Assembly: GCA_963920595.1 (NCBI GenBank)
Contig: OY986946.1
Location: forward strand, 9,052,001 to 9,116,000
Length of the DNA stretch: 64,000 nucleotides
Origin: Eimeria praecox
Taxonomy: Eukaryota
Direction of reading: 5' to 3'
The notes below the pieces were generated by a model, which was not told where the DNA came from, made no database searches, and worked only from the letters and a program-made list of their open reading frames with translations. Positions 1-12,900 of this stretch are shown in pieces. Within the stretch, counting starts at the first letter, position 1, and every line of letters begins with the position of its first letter. A program made the position numbers and the translations under genes.

Positions 1-54
1 AACCTGGGTTTACACGGCCACAACGTGTTGTCCTAACCTCTAGACGATTCGGAC
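1..54 (-). tRNA. tRNA-His(GUG), 3' part cut off by the window edge
   Basis: Reverse complement matches nt 1-54 of the tRNA at 302-373. Confidence 0.9.
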
Positions 55-301
55 CAGTGGCCCACCAGCACAGCCCAAGCTGCGTGGCGCCACAAGCAAG
101 CAGTCCGCTGCGGCGAGTAGGGCCAGGCGTGGATTGCACACAGTAGACGGAGAGGGCTGTTGTACGGAGGCAAGCAGACGTGAGACGGTGTGTGTTGAAG
201 ACGCATTTGGCAACAGCATGCGTGCAAGGATGGGGTCCAACTGTACTCGGGAAGATAGCAAGGTGTCTGGAAGGCGTGTGTGGTGAGGGGTGTGACTGTT
301 G

Positions 302-373
302 GTCCGAATCGTCTAGAGGTTAGGACAACACGTTGTGGCCGTGTAAACCCAGGTTCAATTCCTGGTTCGGACA
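302..373 (+). tRNA. tRNA-His(GUG), intronless; first of 54 plus-strand copies
   Basis: Cloverleaf: acceptor GTCCGAA/TTCGGAC with discriminator A; D arm GTC..GAC; anticodon stem ACACG/CGTGT with loop TT-GTG-GC; T arm CCAGG-TTCAATT-CCTGG (B box). No encoded CCA. Confidence 0.97.
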
Positions 374-394
374 CATTGGCTCGAGGCGAAACCG

Positions 395-400
395 TTTTTT
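395..400 (+). terminator. Pol III oligo-T terminator (T6) of the plus-strand tRNA, repeated in every unit
   Basis: TTTTTT begins 22 nt after the discriminator and is conserved in both unit types although neighbouring bases vary. Confidence 0.8.
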
Positions 401-844
401 GCATTCCTCCTTGTCTCACTGGTGTGTGCAGTGTGGGCCAAACCACTGGCCGGTCCAGACCACTGCGCTCGACGTCAAGAGGTGCAGTCTTATGCAGACA
501 GGCGTCTCTGGCATTGTTTCTTTTGCACCGATTGTAATGGCGATAGGTTTGACGAGATTGTGCATTGGATTGGTTGTGATGGCTTTAGTGGAATTTGTGT
601 GAGGCTTAGAGGGGACAGCGGAGTTTTGTGTGCATGGCTTGCTGGTGCACTTGGGAGAGGGTAGTGGGGGGGCTTTGAAGAGGCGAAGAGTACCGAATCT
701 GCTTTATTTGCATGCTTTGTGTATGGGTATGTTTCACACATGTGTATAAGGTATGTATTGAGGGATGTGGGAATGCGTTTTAGTGTTAGTAGGTTTTAAG
801 TTGGTGTGGTAAGAGACAGAACGTTGCAGAGGGAGGGGGACAAG

Positions 845-916
845 TGTCCGAACCAGGAATTGAACCTGGGTTTACACGGCCACAACGTGTTGTCCTAACC
901 TCTAGACGATTCGGAC
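845..916 (-). tRNA. tRNA-His(GUG); first of 53 complete minus-strand copies
   Basis: Exact reverse complement of 302-373. Confidence 0.96.
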
Positions 917-3900
917 CAGTGGCCCACCAGCACAGCCCAAGCTGCGTGGCGCCACAAGCAAGCAGTCCGCTGCGGCGAGTAGGGCCAGGCGTGGATTGCA
1001 CACAGTAGACGGAGAGGGCTGTTGTACGGAGGCAAACAGACGTGAGACGGTGTGTGTTGAAGACGCATTTGGCAACAGCATGCGTGCAAGGATGGGGTCC
1101 AACTGTACTCGGGAAGATAGCAAGGTGTCTGGAAAACGTGGGTGGTGAGGGGTGTGACTGTTGGTCCGAATCGTCTAGAGGTTAGGACAACACGTTGTGG
1201 CCGTGTAAACCCAGGTTCAATTCCTGGTTCGGACACATTGGCGCGAGGCGAAACCGTTTTTTGCATTCCTCCTTGTCTCACTGGTGTGTGCAGTGTGGGC
1301 CAAACCACTGGCCGGTCCAGACCACTGCGCTCGATGTCAAGAGGTGCAGTCTTATGCAGACAGGCGTCTCTGGCATTGTTTCTTTTGCACCGATTGTAAT
1401 GGCGATAGGTTTGACGAGATTGTGCATTGGATTGGTTGTGATGGCTTTAGTGGAATTTGTGTGAGGCTTAGAGGGGACAGCGGAGTTTTGTGTGCATGGC
1501 TTGCTGGTGCACTTGGGAGAGGGTAGTGGGGGGGCTTTGAAGAGGCGAAGAGTACCGAATCTGCTTTATTTGCATGCTTTGTGTATGGGTATGTTTCACA
1601 CATGTGTATAAGGTATGTATTGAGGGATGTGGGAATGCGTTTTAGTGTTAGTAGGTTTTAAGTTGGTGTGGTAAGAGACAGAACGTTGCAGCGGGAGGGG
1701 GACAAGTGTCCGAACCAGGAATTGAACCTGGGTTTACACGGCCACAACGTGTTGTCCTAACCTCTAGACGATTCGGACCAGTGGCCCACCAGCACAGCCC
1801 AAGCTGCGTGGCGCCACAAGCAAGCAGTCCGCTGCGGCGAGTAGGGCCAGGCGTGGATTGCACACAGTAGACGGAGAGGGCTGTTGTACGGAGGCAAACA
1901 GACGTGAGACGGTGTGTGTTGAAGACGCATTTGGCAACAGCATGCGTGCAAGGATGGGGTCCAACTGTACTCGGGAAGATAGCAAGGTGTCTCGAAGGCG
2001 TGTGTGGTGAGGGGTGTGACTGTTGGTCCGAATCGTCTAGAGGTTAGGACAACACGTTGTGGCCGTGTAAACCCAGGTTCAATTCCTGGTTCGGACACAT
2101 TGGCGCGAGGCGAAACCGTTTTTTGCATTCCTCCTTGTCTCACTGGTGTGTGCAGTGTGGGCCAAACCACTGGCCGGTCCAGACCACTGCGCTCGACGTC
2201 AAGAGGTGCAGTCTTATGCAGACAGGCGTCTCTGGCATTGTTTCTTTTGCACCGATTGTAATGGCGATAGGTTTGACGAGATTGTGCATTGGATTGGTTG
2301 TGATGGCTTTAGTGGAATTTGTGTGAGGCTTAGAGGGGACAGCGGAGTTTTGTGTGCATGGCTTGCTGGTGCACTTGGGAGAGGGTAGTGGGGGGGCTTT
2401 GAAGAGGCGAAGAGTACCGAATCTGCTTTATTTGCATGCTTTGTGTATGGGTATGTTTCACACATGTGTATAAGGTATGTATTGAGGGATGTGGGAATGC
2501 GTTTTAGTGTTAGTAGGTTTTACGTTGGTGTGGTAAGAGACAGAACGTTGCAGAGGGAGGGGGACAAGTGTCCGAACCAGGAATTGAACCTGGGTTTACA
2601 CGGCCACAACGTGTTGTCCTAACCTCTAGACGATTCGGACCAGTGGCCCACCAGCACAGCCCAAGCTGCGTGGCGCCACAAGCAAGCAGTCCGCTGCGGC
2701 GAGTAGGACCAGGCGTGGATTGCACACAGTAGATCGAGAGGGCTGTTGTACGGAGGCAAGCAGACGTGAGACGGTGTGTGTTGAAGACGCACTTGCGGAC
2801 AGCATGCGTGCAAGGATGGGGTCCAACTGTACTCGGGAAGATGGCAAGGTGTCTGGAAAACGTGGGTGGTGAGGGGTGTGACTGTTGGTCCGAATCGTCT
2901 AGAGGTTAGGACAACACGTTGTGGCCGTGTAAACCCAGGTTCAATTCCTGGTTCGGACACATTGGCTCGAGGCGAAACCGTTTTTTGCATTCCTCCTTGT
3001 CTCACTGGTGTGTGCAGTGTGGGCCAAACCACTGGCCGGTCCAGACCACTGCGCTCGACGTCAAGAGGTGCAGTCTTATGCAGACAGGCGTCTCTGGCAT
3101 TGTTTCTTTTGCACCGATTGTAATGGCGATAGGTTTGACGAGATTGTGCATTGGATTGGTTGTGATGGCTTTAGTGGAATTTGTGTGAGGCTTAGAGGGG
3201 ACAGCGGAGTTTTGTGTGCATGGCTTGCTGGTGCACTTGGGAGAGGGTAGTGGGGGGGCTTTGAAGAGGCGAAGAGTACCGAATCTGCTTTATTTGCATG
3301 CTTTGTGTATGGGTATGTTTCACACATGTGTATAAGGTATGTATTGAGGGATGTGGGAATGCGTTTTAGTGTTAGTAGGTTTTAAGTTGGTGTGGTAAGA
3401 GACAGAACGTTGCAGCGGGAGGGGGACAAGTGTCCGAACCAGGAATTGAACCTGGGTTTACACGGCCACAACGTGTTGTCCTAACCTCTAGACGATTCGG
3501 ACCAGTGGCCCACCAGCACAGCCCAAGCTGCGTGGCGCCACAAGCAAGCAGTCCGCTGCGGCGAGTAGGGCCAGGCGTGGATTGCACACAGTAGACGGAG
3601 AGGGCTGTTGTACGGAGGCAAACAGACGTGAGACGGTGTGTGTTGAAGACGCATTTGGCAACAGCATGCGTGCAAGGATGGGGTCCAACTGTACTCGGGA
3701 AGATAGCAAGGTGTCTCGAAGGCGTGTGTGGTGAGGGGTGTGACTGTTGGTCCGAATCGTCTAGAGGTTAGGACAACACGTTGTGGCCGTGTAAACCCAG
3801 GTTCAATTCCTGGTTCGGACACATTGGCGCGAGGCGAAACCGTTTTTTGCATTCCTCCTTGTCTCACTGGTGTGTGCAGTGTGGGCCAAACCACTGGCCG

Positions 3901-6900
3901 GTCCAGACCACTGCGCTCGACGTCAAGAGGTGCAGTCTTATGCAGACAGGCGTCTCTGGCATTGTTTCTTTTGCACCGATTGTAATGGCGATAGGTTTGA
4001 CGAGATTGTGCATTGGATTGGTTGTGATGGCTTTAGTGGAATTTGTGTGAGGCTTAGAGGGGACAGCGGAGTTTTGTGTGCATGGCTTGCTGGTGCACTT
4101 GGGAGAGGGTAGTGGGGGGGCTTTGAAGAGGCGAAGAGTACCGAATCTGCTTTATTTGCATGCTTTGTGTATGGGTATGTTTCACACATGTGTATAAGGT
4201 ATGTATTGAGGGATGTGGGAATGCGTTTTAGTGTTAGTAGGTTTTACGTTGGTGTGGTAAGAGACAGAACGTTGCAGAGGGAGGGGGACAAGTGTCCGAA
4301 CCAGGAATTGAACCTGGGTTTACACGGCCACAACGTGTTGTCCTAACCTCTAGACGATTCGGACCAGTGGCCCACCAGCACAGCCCAAGCTGCGTGGCGC
4401 CACAAGCAAGCAGTCCGCTGCGGCGAGTAGGACCAGGCGTGGATTGCACACAGTAGATCGAGAGGGCTGTTGTACGGAGGCAAGCAGACGTGAGACGGTG
4501 TGTGTTGAAGACGCACTTGCGGACAGCATGCGTGCAAGGATGGGGTCCAACTGTACTCGGGAAGATGGCAAGGTGTCTGGAAAACGTGGGTGGTGAGGGG
4601 TGTGACTGTTGGTCCGAATCGTCTAGAGGTTAGGACAACACGTTGTGGCCGTGTAAACCCAGGTTCAATTCCTGGTTCGGACACATTGGCGCGAGGGGAA
4701 ACCGTTTTTTGCATTCCTCCTTGTCTCACTGGTGTGTGCAGTGTGGGCCAAACCACTGGCCGGTCCAGACCACTGCGCTCGACGTCAAGAGGTGCAGTCT
4801 TATGCAGACAGGCGTCTCTGGCATTGTTTCTTTTGCACCGATTGTAATGGCGATAGGTTTGACGAGATTGTGCATTGGATTGGTTGTGATGGCTTTAGTG
4901 GAATTTGTGTGAGGCTTAGAGGGGACAGCGGAGTTTTGTGTGCATGGCTTGCTGGTGCACTTGGGAGAGGGTAGTGGGGGGGCTTTGAAGAGGCGAAGAG
5001 TACCGAATCTGCTTTATTTGCATGCTTTGTGTATGGGTATGTTTCACACATGTGTATAAGGTATGTATTGAGGGATGTGGGAATGCGTTTTAGTGTTAGT
5101 AGGTTTTAAGTTGGTGTGGTAAGAGACAGAACGTTGCAGAGGGAGGGGGACAAGTGTCCGAACCAGGAATTGAACCTGGGTTTACACGGCCACAACGTGT
5201 TGTCCTAACCTCTAGACGATTCGGACCAGTGGCCCACCAGCACAGCCCAAGCTGCGTGGCGCCACAAGCAAGCAGTCCGCTGCGGCGAGTAGGGCCAGGC
5301 GTGGATTGCACACAGTAGACGGAGAGGGCTGTTGTACGGAGGCAAACAGACGTGAGACGGTGTGTGTTGAAGACGCATTTGGCAACAGCATGCGTGCAAG
5401 GATGGGGTCCAACTGTACTCGGGAAGATAGCAAGGTGTCTCGAAGGCGTGTGTGGTGAGGGGTGTGACTGTTGGTCCGAATCGTCTAGAGGTTAGGACAA
5501 CACGTTGTGGCCGTGTAAACCCAGGTTCAATTCCTGGTTCGGACACATTGGCGCGAGGCGAAACCGTTTTTTGCATTCCTCCTTGTCTCACTGGTGTGTG
5601 CAGTGTGGGCCAAACCACTGGCCGGTCCAGACCACTGCGCTCGACGTCAAGAGGTGCAGTCTTATGCAGACAGGCGTCTCTGGCATTGTTTCTTTTGCAC
5701 CGATTGTAATGGCGATAGGTTTGACGAGATTGTGCATTGGATTGGTTGTGATGGCTTTAGTGGAATTTGTGTGAGGCTTAGAGGGGACAGCGGAGTTTTG
5801 TGTGCATGGCTTGCTGGTGCACTTGGGAGAGGGTAGTGGGGGGGCTTTGAAGAGGCGAAGAGTACCGAATCTGCTTTATTTGCATGCTTTGTGTATGGGT
5901 ATGTTTCACACATGTGTATAAGGTATGTATTGAGGGATGTGGGAATGCGTTTTAGTGTTAGTAGGTTTTACGTTGGTGTGGTAAGAGACAGAACGTTGCA
6001 GAGGGAGGGGGACAAGTGTCCGAACCAGGAATTGAACCTGGGTTTACACGGCCACAACGTGTTGTCCTAACCTCTAGACGATTCGGACCAGTGGCCCACC
6101 AGCACAGCCCAAGCTGCGTGGCGCCACAAGCAAGCAGTCCGCTGCGGCGAGTAGGACCAGGCGTGGATTGCACACAGTAGATCGAGAGGGCTGTTGTACG
6201 GAGGCAAGCAGACGTGAGACGGTGTGTGTTGAAGACGCACTTGCGGACAGCATGCGTGCAAGGATGGGGTCCAACTGTACTCGGGAAGATGGCAAGGTGT
6301 CTGGAAAACGTGGGTGGTGAGGGGTGTGACTGTTGGTCCGAATCGTCTAGAGGTTAGGACAACACGTTGTGGCCGTGTAAACCCAGGTTCAATTCCTGGT
6401 TCGGACACATTGGCGCGAGGGGAAACCGTTTTTTGCATTCCTCCTTGTCTCACTGGTGTGTGCAGTGTGGGCCAAACCACTGGCCGGTCCAGACCACTGC
6501 GCTCGACGTCAAGAGGTGCAGTCTTATGCAGACAGGCGTCTCTGGCATTGTTTCTTTTGCACCGATTGTAATGGCGATAGGTTTGACGAGATTGTGCATT
6601 GGATTGGTTGTGATGGCTTTAGTGGAATTTGTGTGAGGCTTAGAGGGGACAGCGGAGTTTTGTGTGCATGGCTTGCTGGTGCACTTGGGAGAGGGTAGTG
6701 GGGGGGCTTTGAAGAGGCGAAGAGTACCGAATCTGCTTTATTTGCATGCTTTGTGTATGGGTATGTTTCACACATGTGTATAAGGTATGTATTGAGGGAT
6801 GTGGGAATGCGTTTTAGTGTTAGTAGGTTTTAAGTTGGTGTGGTAAGAGACAGAACGTTGCAGCGGGAGGGGGACAAGTGTCCGAACCAGGAATTGAACC

Positions 6901-9900
6901 TGGGTTTACACGGCCACAACGTGTTGTCCTAACCTCTAGACGATTCGGACCAGTGGCCCACCAGCACAGCCCAAGCTGCGTGGCGCCACAAGCAAGCAGT
7001 CCGCTGCGGCGAGTAGGGCCAGGCGTGGATTGCACACAGTAGACGGAGAGGGCTGTTGTACGGAGGCAAACAGACGTGAGACGGTGTGTGTTGAAGACGC
7101 ATTTGGCAACAGCATGCGTGCAAGGATGGGGTCCAACTGTACTCGGGAAGATAGCAAGGTGTCTCGAAGGCGTGTGTGGTGAGGGGTGTGACTGTTGGTC
7201 CGAATCGTCTAGAGGTTAGGACAACACGTTGTGGCCGTGTAAACCCAGGTTCAATTCCTGGTTCGGACACATTGGCGCGAGGCGAAACCGTTTTTTGCAT
7301 TCCTCCTTGTCTCACTGGTGTGTGCAGTGTGGGCCAAACCACTGGCCGGTCCAGACCACTGCGCTCGACGTCAAGAGGTGCAGTCTTATGCAGACAGGCG
7401 TCTCTGGCATTGTTTCTTTTGCACCGATTGTAATGGCGATAGGTTTGACGAGATTGTGCATTGGATTGGTTGTGATGGCTTTAGTGGAATTTGTGTGAGG
7501 CTTAGAGGGGACAGCGGAGTTTTGTGTGCATGGCTTGCTGGTGCACTTGGGAGAGGGTAGTGGGGGGGCTTTGAAGAGGCGAAGAGTACCGAATCTGCTT
7601 TATTTGCATGCTTTGTGTATGGGTATGTTTCACACATGTGTATAAGGTATGTATTGAGGGATGTGGGAATGCGTTTTAGTGTTAGTAGGTTTTACGTTGG
7701 TGTGGTAAGAGACAGAACGTTGCAGAGGGAGGGGGACAAGTGTCCGAACCAGGAATTGAACCTGGGTTTACACGGCCACAACGTGTTGTCCTAACCTCTA
7801 GACGATTCGGACCAGTGGCCCACCAGCACAGCCCAAGCTGCGTGGCGCCACAAGCAAGCAGTCCGCTGCGGCGAGTAGGACCAGGCGTGGATTGCACACA
7901 GTAGATCGAGAGGGCTGTTGTACGGAGGCAAGCAGACGTGAGACGGTGTGTGTTGAAGACGCACTTGCGGACAGCATGCGTGCAAGGATGGGGTCCAACT
8001 GTACTCGGGAAGATGGCAAGGTGTCTGGAAAACGTGGGTGGTGAGGGGTGTGACTGTTGGTCCGAATCGTCTAGAGGTTAGGACAACACGTTGTGGCCGT
8101 GTAAACCCAGGTTCAATTCCTGGTTCGGACACATTGGCGAGAGGGGAAACCGTTTTTTGCATTCCTCCTTGTCTCACTGGTGTGTGCAGTGTGGGCCAAA
8201 CCACTGGCCGGTCCAGACCACTGCGCTCGACGTCAAGAGGTGCAGTCTTATGCAGACAGGCGTCTCTGGCATTGTTTCTTTTGCACCGATTGTAATGGCG
8301 ATAGGTTTGACGAGATTGTGCATTGGATTGGTTGTGATGGCTTTAGTGGAAATTGTGTGAGGCTTAGAGGGGACAGCGGAGTTTTGTGTGCATGGCTTGC
8401 TGGTGCACTTGGGAGAGGGTAGTGGGGGGGCTTTGAAGAGGCGAAGAGTACCGAATCTGCTTTATTTGCATGCTTTGTGTATGGGTATGTTTCACACATG
8501 TGTATAAGGTATGTATTGAGGGATGTGGGAATGCGTTTTAGTGTTAGTAGGTTTTAAGTTGGTGTGGTAAGAGACAGAACGTTGCAGCGGGAGGGGGACA
8601 AGTGTCCGAACCAGGAATTGAACCTGGGTTTACACGGCCACAACGTGTTGTCCTAACCTCTAGACGATTCGGACCAGTGGCCCACCAGCACAGCCCAAGC
8701 TGCGTGGCGCCACAAGCAAGCAGTCCGCTGCGGCGAGTAGGGCCAGGCGTGGATTGCACACAGTAGACGGAGAGGGCTGTTGTACGGAGGCAAACAGACG
8801 TGAGACGGTGTGTGTTGAAGACGCATTTGGCAACAGCATGCGTGCAAGGATGGGGTCCAACTGTACTCGGGAAGATAGCAAGGTGTCTCGAAGGCGTGTG
8901 TGGTGAGGGGTGTGACTGTTGGTCCGAATCGTCTAGAGGTTAGGACAACACGTTGTGGCCGTGTAAACCCAGGTTCAATTCCTGGTTCGGACACATTGGC
9001 GCGAGGCGAAACCGTTTTTTGCATTCCTCCTTGTCTCACTGGTGTGTGCAGTGTGGGCCAAACCACTGGCCGGTCCAGACCACTGCGCTCGACGTCAAGA
9101 GGTGCAGTCTTATGCAGACAGGCGTCTCTGGCATTGTTTCTTTTGCACCGATTGTAATGGCGATAGGTTTGACGAGATTGTGCATTGGATTGGTTGTGAT
9201 GGCTTTAGTGGAATTTGTGTGAGGCTTAGAGGGGACAGCGGAGTTTTGTGTGCATGGCTTGCTGGTGCACTTGGGAGAGGGTAGTGGGGGGGCTTTGAAG
9301 AGGCGAAGAGTACCGAATCTGCTTTATTTGCATGCTTTGTGTATGGGTATGTTTCACACATGTGTATAAGGTATGTATTGAGGGATGTGGGAATGCGTTT
9401 TAGTGTTAGTAGGTTTTACGTTGGTGTGGTTAGAGACAGAACGTTGCAGAGGGAGGGGGACAAGTGTCCGAACCAGGAATTGAACCTGGGTTTACACGGC
9501 CACAACGTGTTGTCCTAACCTCTAGACGATTCGGACCAGTGGCCCACCAGCACAGCCCAAGCTGCGTGGCGCCACAAGCAAGCAGTCCGCTGCGGCGAGT
9601 AGGACCAGGCGTGGATTGCACACAGTAGATCGAGAGGGCTGTTGTACGGAGGCAAGCAGACGTGAGACGGTGTGTGTTGAAGACGCACTTGCGGACAGCA
9701 TGCGTGCAAGGATGGGGTCCAACTGTACTCGGGAAGATGGCAAGGTGTCTGGAAAACGTGGGTGGTGAGGGGTGTGACTGTTGGTCCGAATCGTCTAGAG
9801 GTTAGGACAACACGTTGTGGCCGTGTAAACCCAGGTTCAATTCCTGGTTCGGACACATTGGCGAGAGGCGAAACCGTTTTTTGCATCCCTCCTTGTCTCA

Positions 9901-12900
9901 CTGGTGTGTGCAGTGTGGGCCGAACCACTGGCCGGTCCAGACCACTGCGCTCGACGTCAAGAGGTGCAGTCTTATGCAGACAGGCGTCTCTGGCATTGTT
10001 TCTTTTGCACCGATTGTAATGGCGATAGGTTTGACGAGATTGTGCATTGGATTGGTTGTGATGGCTTTAGTGGAATTTGTGTGAGGCTTAGAGGGGACAG
10101 CGGAGTTTTGTGTGCATGGCTTGCTGGTGCACTTGGGAGAGGGTAGTGGGGGGGCTTTGAAGAGGCGAAGAGTACCGAATCTGCTTTATTTGCATGCTTT
10201 GTGTATGGGTATGTTTCACACATGTGTATAAGGTATGTATTGAGGGATGTGGGAATGCGTTTTAGTGTTAGAAGGTTTTAAGTTGATGTGGTAAGAGACA
10301 GAACGTTGCAGAGGGAGGGGGACAAGTGTCCGAACCAGGAATTGAACCTGGGTTTACACGGCCACAACGTGCTGTCCTAACCTCTAGACGATTCGGACCA
10401 GTGGCCCACCAGCACAGCCCCAGCTGCGTGGCGCCACAAGCAAGCAGTCCGCTGCGGCGAGTAGGGCCAGGCGTGGATTGCACACAGTAGACGGAGAGGG
10501 CTGTTGTACGGAGGCAAGCAGACGTGAGACGGTGTGTGTTGAAGACGCATTTGGCAACAGCATGCGTGCAAGGATGGGGTCCAACTGTACTCGGGAAGAT
10601 AGCAAGGTGTCTCGAAGGCGTGTGTGGTGAGGGGTGTGACTGTTGGTCCGAATCGTCTAGAGGTTAGGACAACACGTTGTGGCCGTGTAAACCCAGGTTC
10701 AATTCCTGGTTCGGACACATTGGCGCGAGGCGAAACCGTTTTTTGCATTCCTCCTTGTCTCACTGGTGTGTGCAGTGTGGGCCAAACCACTGGCCGGTCC
10801 AGACCACTGCGCTCGACGTCAAGAGGTGCAGTCTTATGCAGACAGGCGTCTCTGGCATTGTTTCTTTTGCACCGATTGTAATGGCGATAGGTTTGACGAG
10901 ATTGTGCATTGGATTGGTTGTGATGGCTTTAGTGGAATTTGTGTGAGGCTTAGAGGGGACAGCGGAGTTTTGTGTGCATGGCTTGCTGGTGCACTTGGGA
11001 GAGGGTAGTGGGGGGGCTTTGAAGAGGCGAAGAGTACCGAATCTGCTTTATTTGCATGCTTTGTGTATGGGTATGTTTCACACATGTGTATAAGGTATGT
11101 ATTGAGGGATGTGGGAATGCGTTTTAGTGTTAGTAGGTTTTACGTTGGTGTGGTTAGAGACAGAACGTTGCAGAGGGAGGGGGACAAGTGTCCGAACCAG
11201 GAATTGAACCTGGGTTTACACGGCCACAACGTGTTGTCCTAACCTCTAGACGATTCGGACCAGTGGCCCACCAGCACAGCCCAAGCTGCGTGGCGCCACA
11301 AGCAAGCAGTCCGCTGCGGCGAGTAGGGCCAGGCGTGGATTGCACACAGTAGACGGAGAGGGCTGTTGTACGGAGGCAAGCAGACGTGAGACGGTGTGTG
11401 TTGAAGACGCATTTGGCAACAGCATGCGTGCAAGGATGGGGTCCAACTGTACTCGGGAAGATAGCAAGGTGTCTCGAAGGCGTGTGTGGTGAGGGGTGTG
11501 ACTGTTGGTCCGAATCGTCTAGAGGTTAGGACAACACGTTGTGGCCGTGTAAACCCAGGTTCAATTCCTGGTTCGGACACATTGGCGCGAGGCGAAACCG
11601 TTTTTTGCATTCCTCCTTGTCTCACTGGTGTGTGCAGTGTGGGCCAAACCACTGGCCGGTCCAGACCACTGCGCTCGACGTCAAGAGGTGCAGTCTTATG
11701 CAGACAGGCGTCTCTGGCATTGTTTCTTTTGCACCGATTGTAATGGCGATAGGTTTGACGAGATTGTGCATTGGATTGGTTGTGATGGCTTTAGTGGAAT
11801 TTGTGTGAGGCTTAGAGGGGACAGCGGAGTTTTGTGTGCATGGCTTGCTGGTGCACTTGGGAGAGGGTAGTGGGGGGGCTTTGAAGAGGCGAAGAGTACC
11901 GAATCTGCTTTATTTGCATGCTTTGTGTATGGGTATGTTTCACACATGTGTATAAGGTATGTATTGAGGGATGTGGGAATGCGTTTTAGTGTTAGTAGGT
12001 TTTAAGTTGATGTGGTAAGAGACAGAACGTTGCAGAGGGAGGGGGACAAGTGTCCGAACCAGGAATTGAACCTGGGTTTACACGGCCACAACGTGCTGTC
12101 CTAACCTCTAGACGATTCGGACCAGTGGCCCACCAGCACAGCCCCAGCTGCGTGGCGCCACAAGCAAGCAGTCCGCTGCGGCGAGTAGGGCCAGGCGTGG
12201 ATTGCACACAGTAGACGGAGAGGGCTGTTGTACGGAGGCAAGCAGACGTGAGACGGTGTGTGTTGAAGACGCATTTGGCAACAGCATGCGTGCAAGGATG
12301 GGGTCCAACTGTACTCGGGAAGATAGCAAGGTGTCTCGAAGGCGTGTGTGGTGAGGGGTGTGACTGTTGGTCCGAATCGTCTAGAGGTTAGGACAACACG
12401 TTGTGGCCGTGTAAACCCAGGTTCAATTCCTGGTTCGGACACATTGGCGCGAGGCGAAACCGTTTTTTGCATTCCTCCTTGTCTCACTGGTGTGTGCAGT
12501 GTGGGCCAAACCACTGGCCGGTCCAGACCACTGCGCTCGACGTCAAGAGGTGCAGTCTTATGCAGACAGGCGTCTCTGGCATTGTTTCTTTTGCACCGAT
12601 TGTAATGGCGATAGGTTTGACGAGATTGTGCATTGGATTGGTTGTGATGGCTTTAGTGGAATTTGTGTGAGGCTTAGAGGGGACAGCGGAGTTTTGTGTG
12701 CATGGCTTGCTGGTGCACTTGGGAGAGGGTAGTGGGGGGGCTTTGAAGAGGCGAAGAGTACCGAATCTGCTTTATTTGCATGCTTTGTGTATGGGTATGT
12801 TTCACACATGTGTATAAGGTATGTATTGAGGGATGTGGGAATGCGTTTTAGTGTTAGTAGGTTTTACGTTGGTGTGGTAAGAGACAGAACGTTGCAGAGG

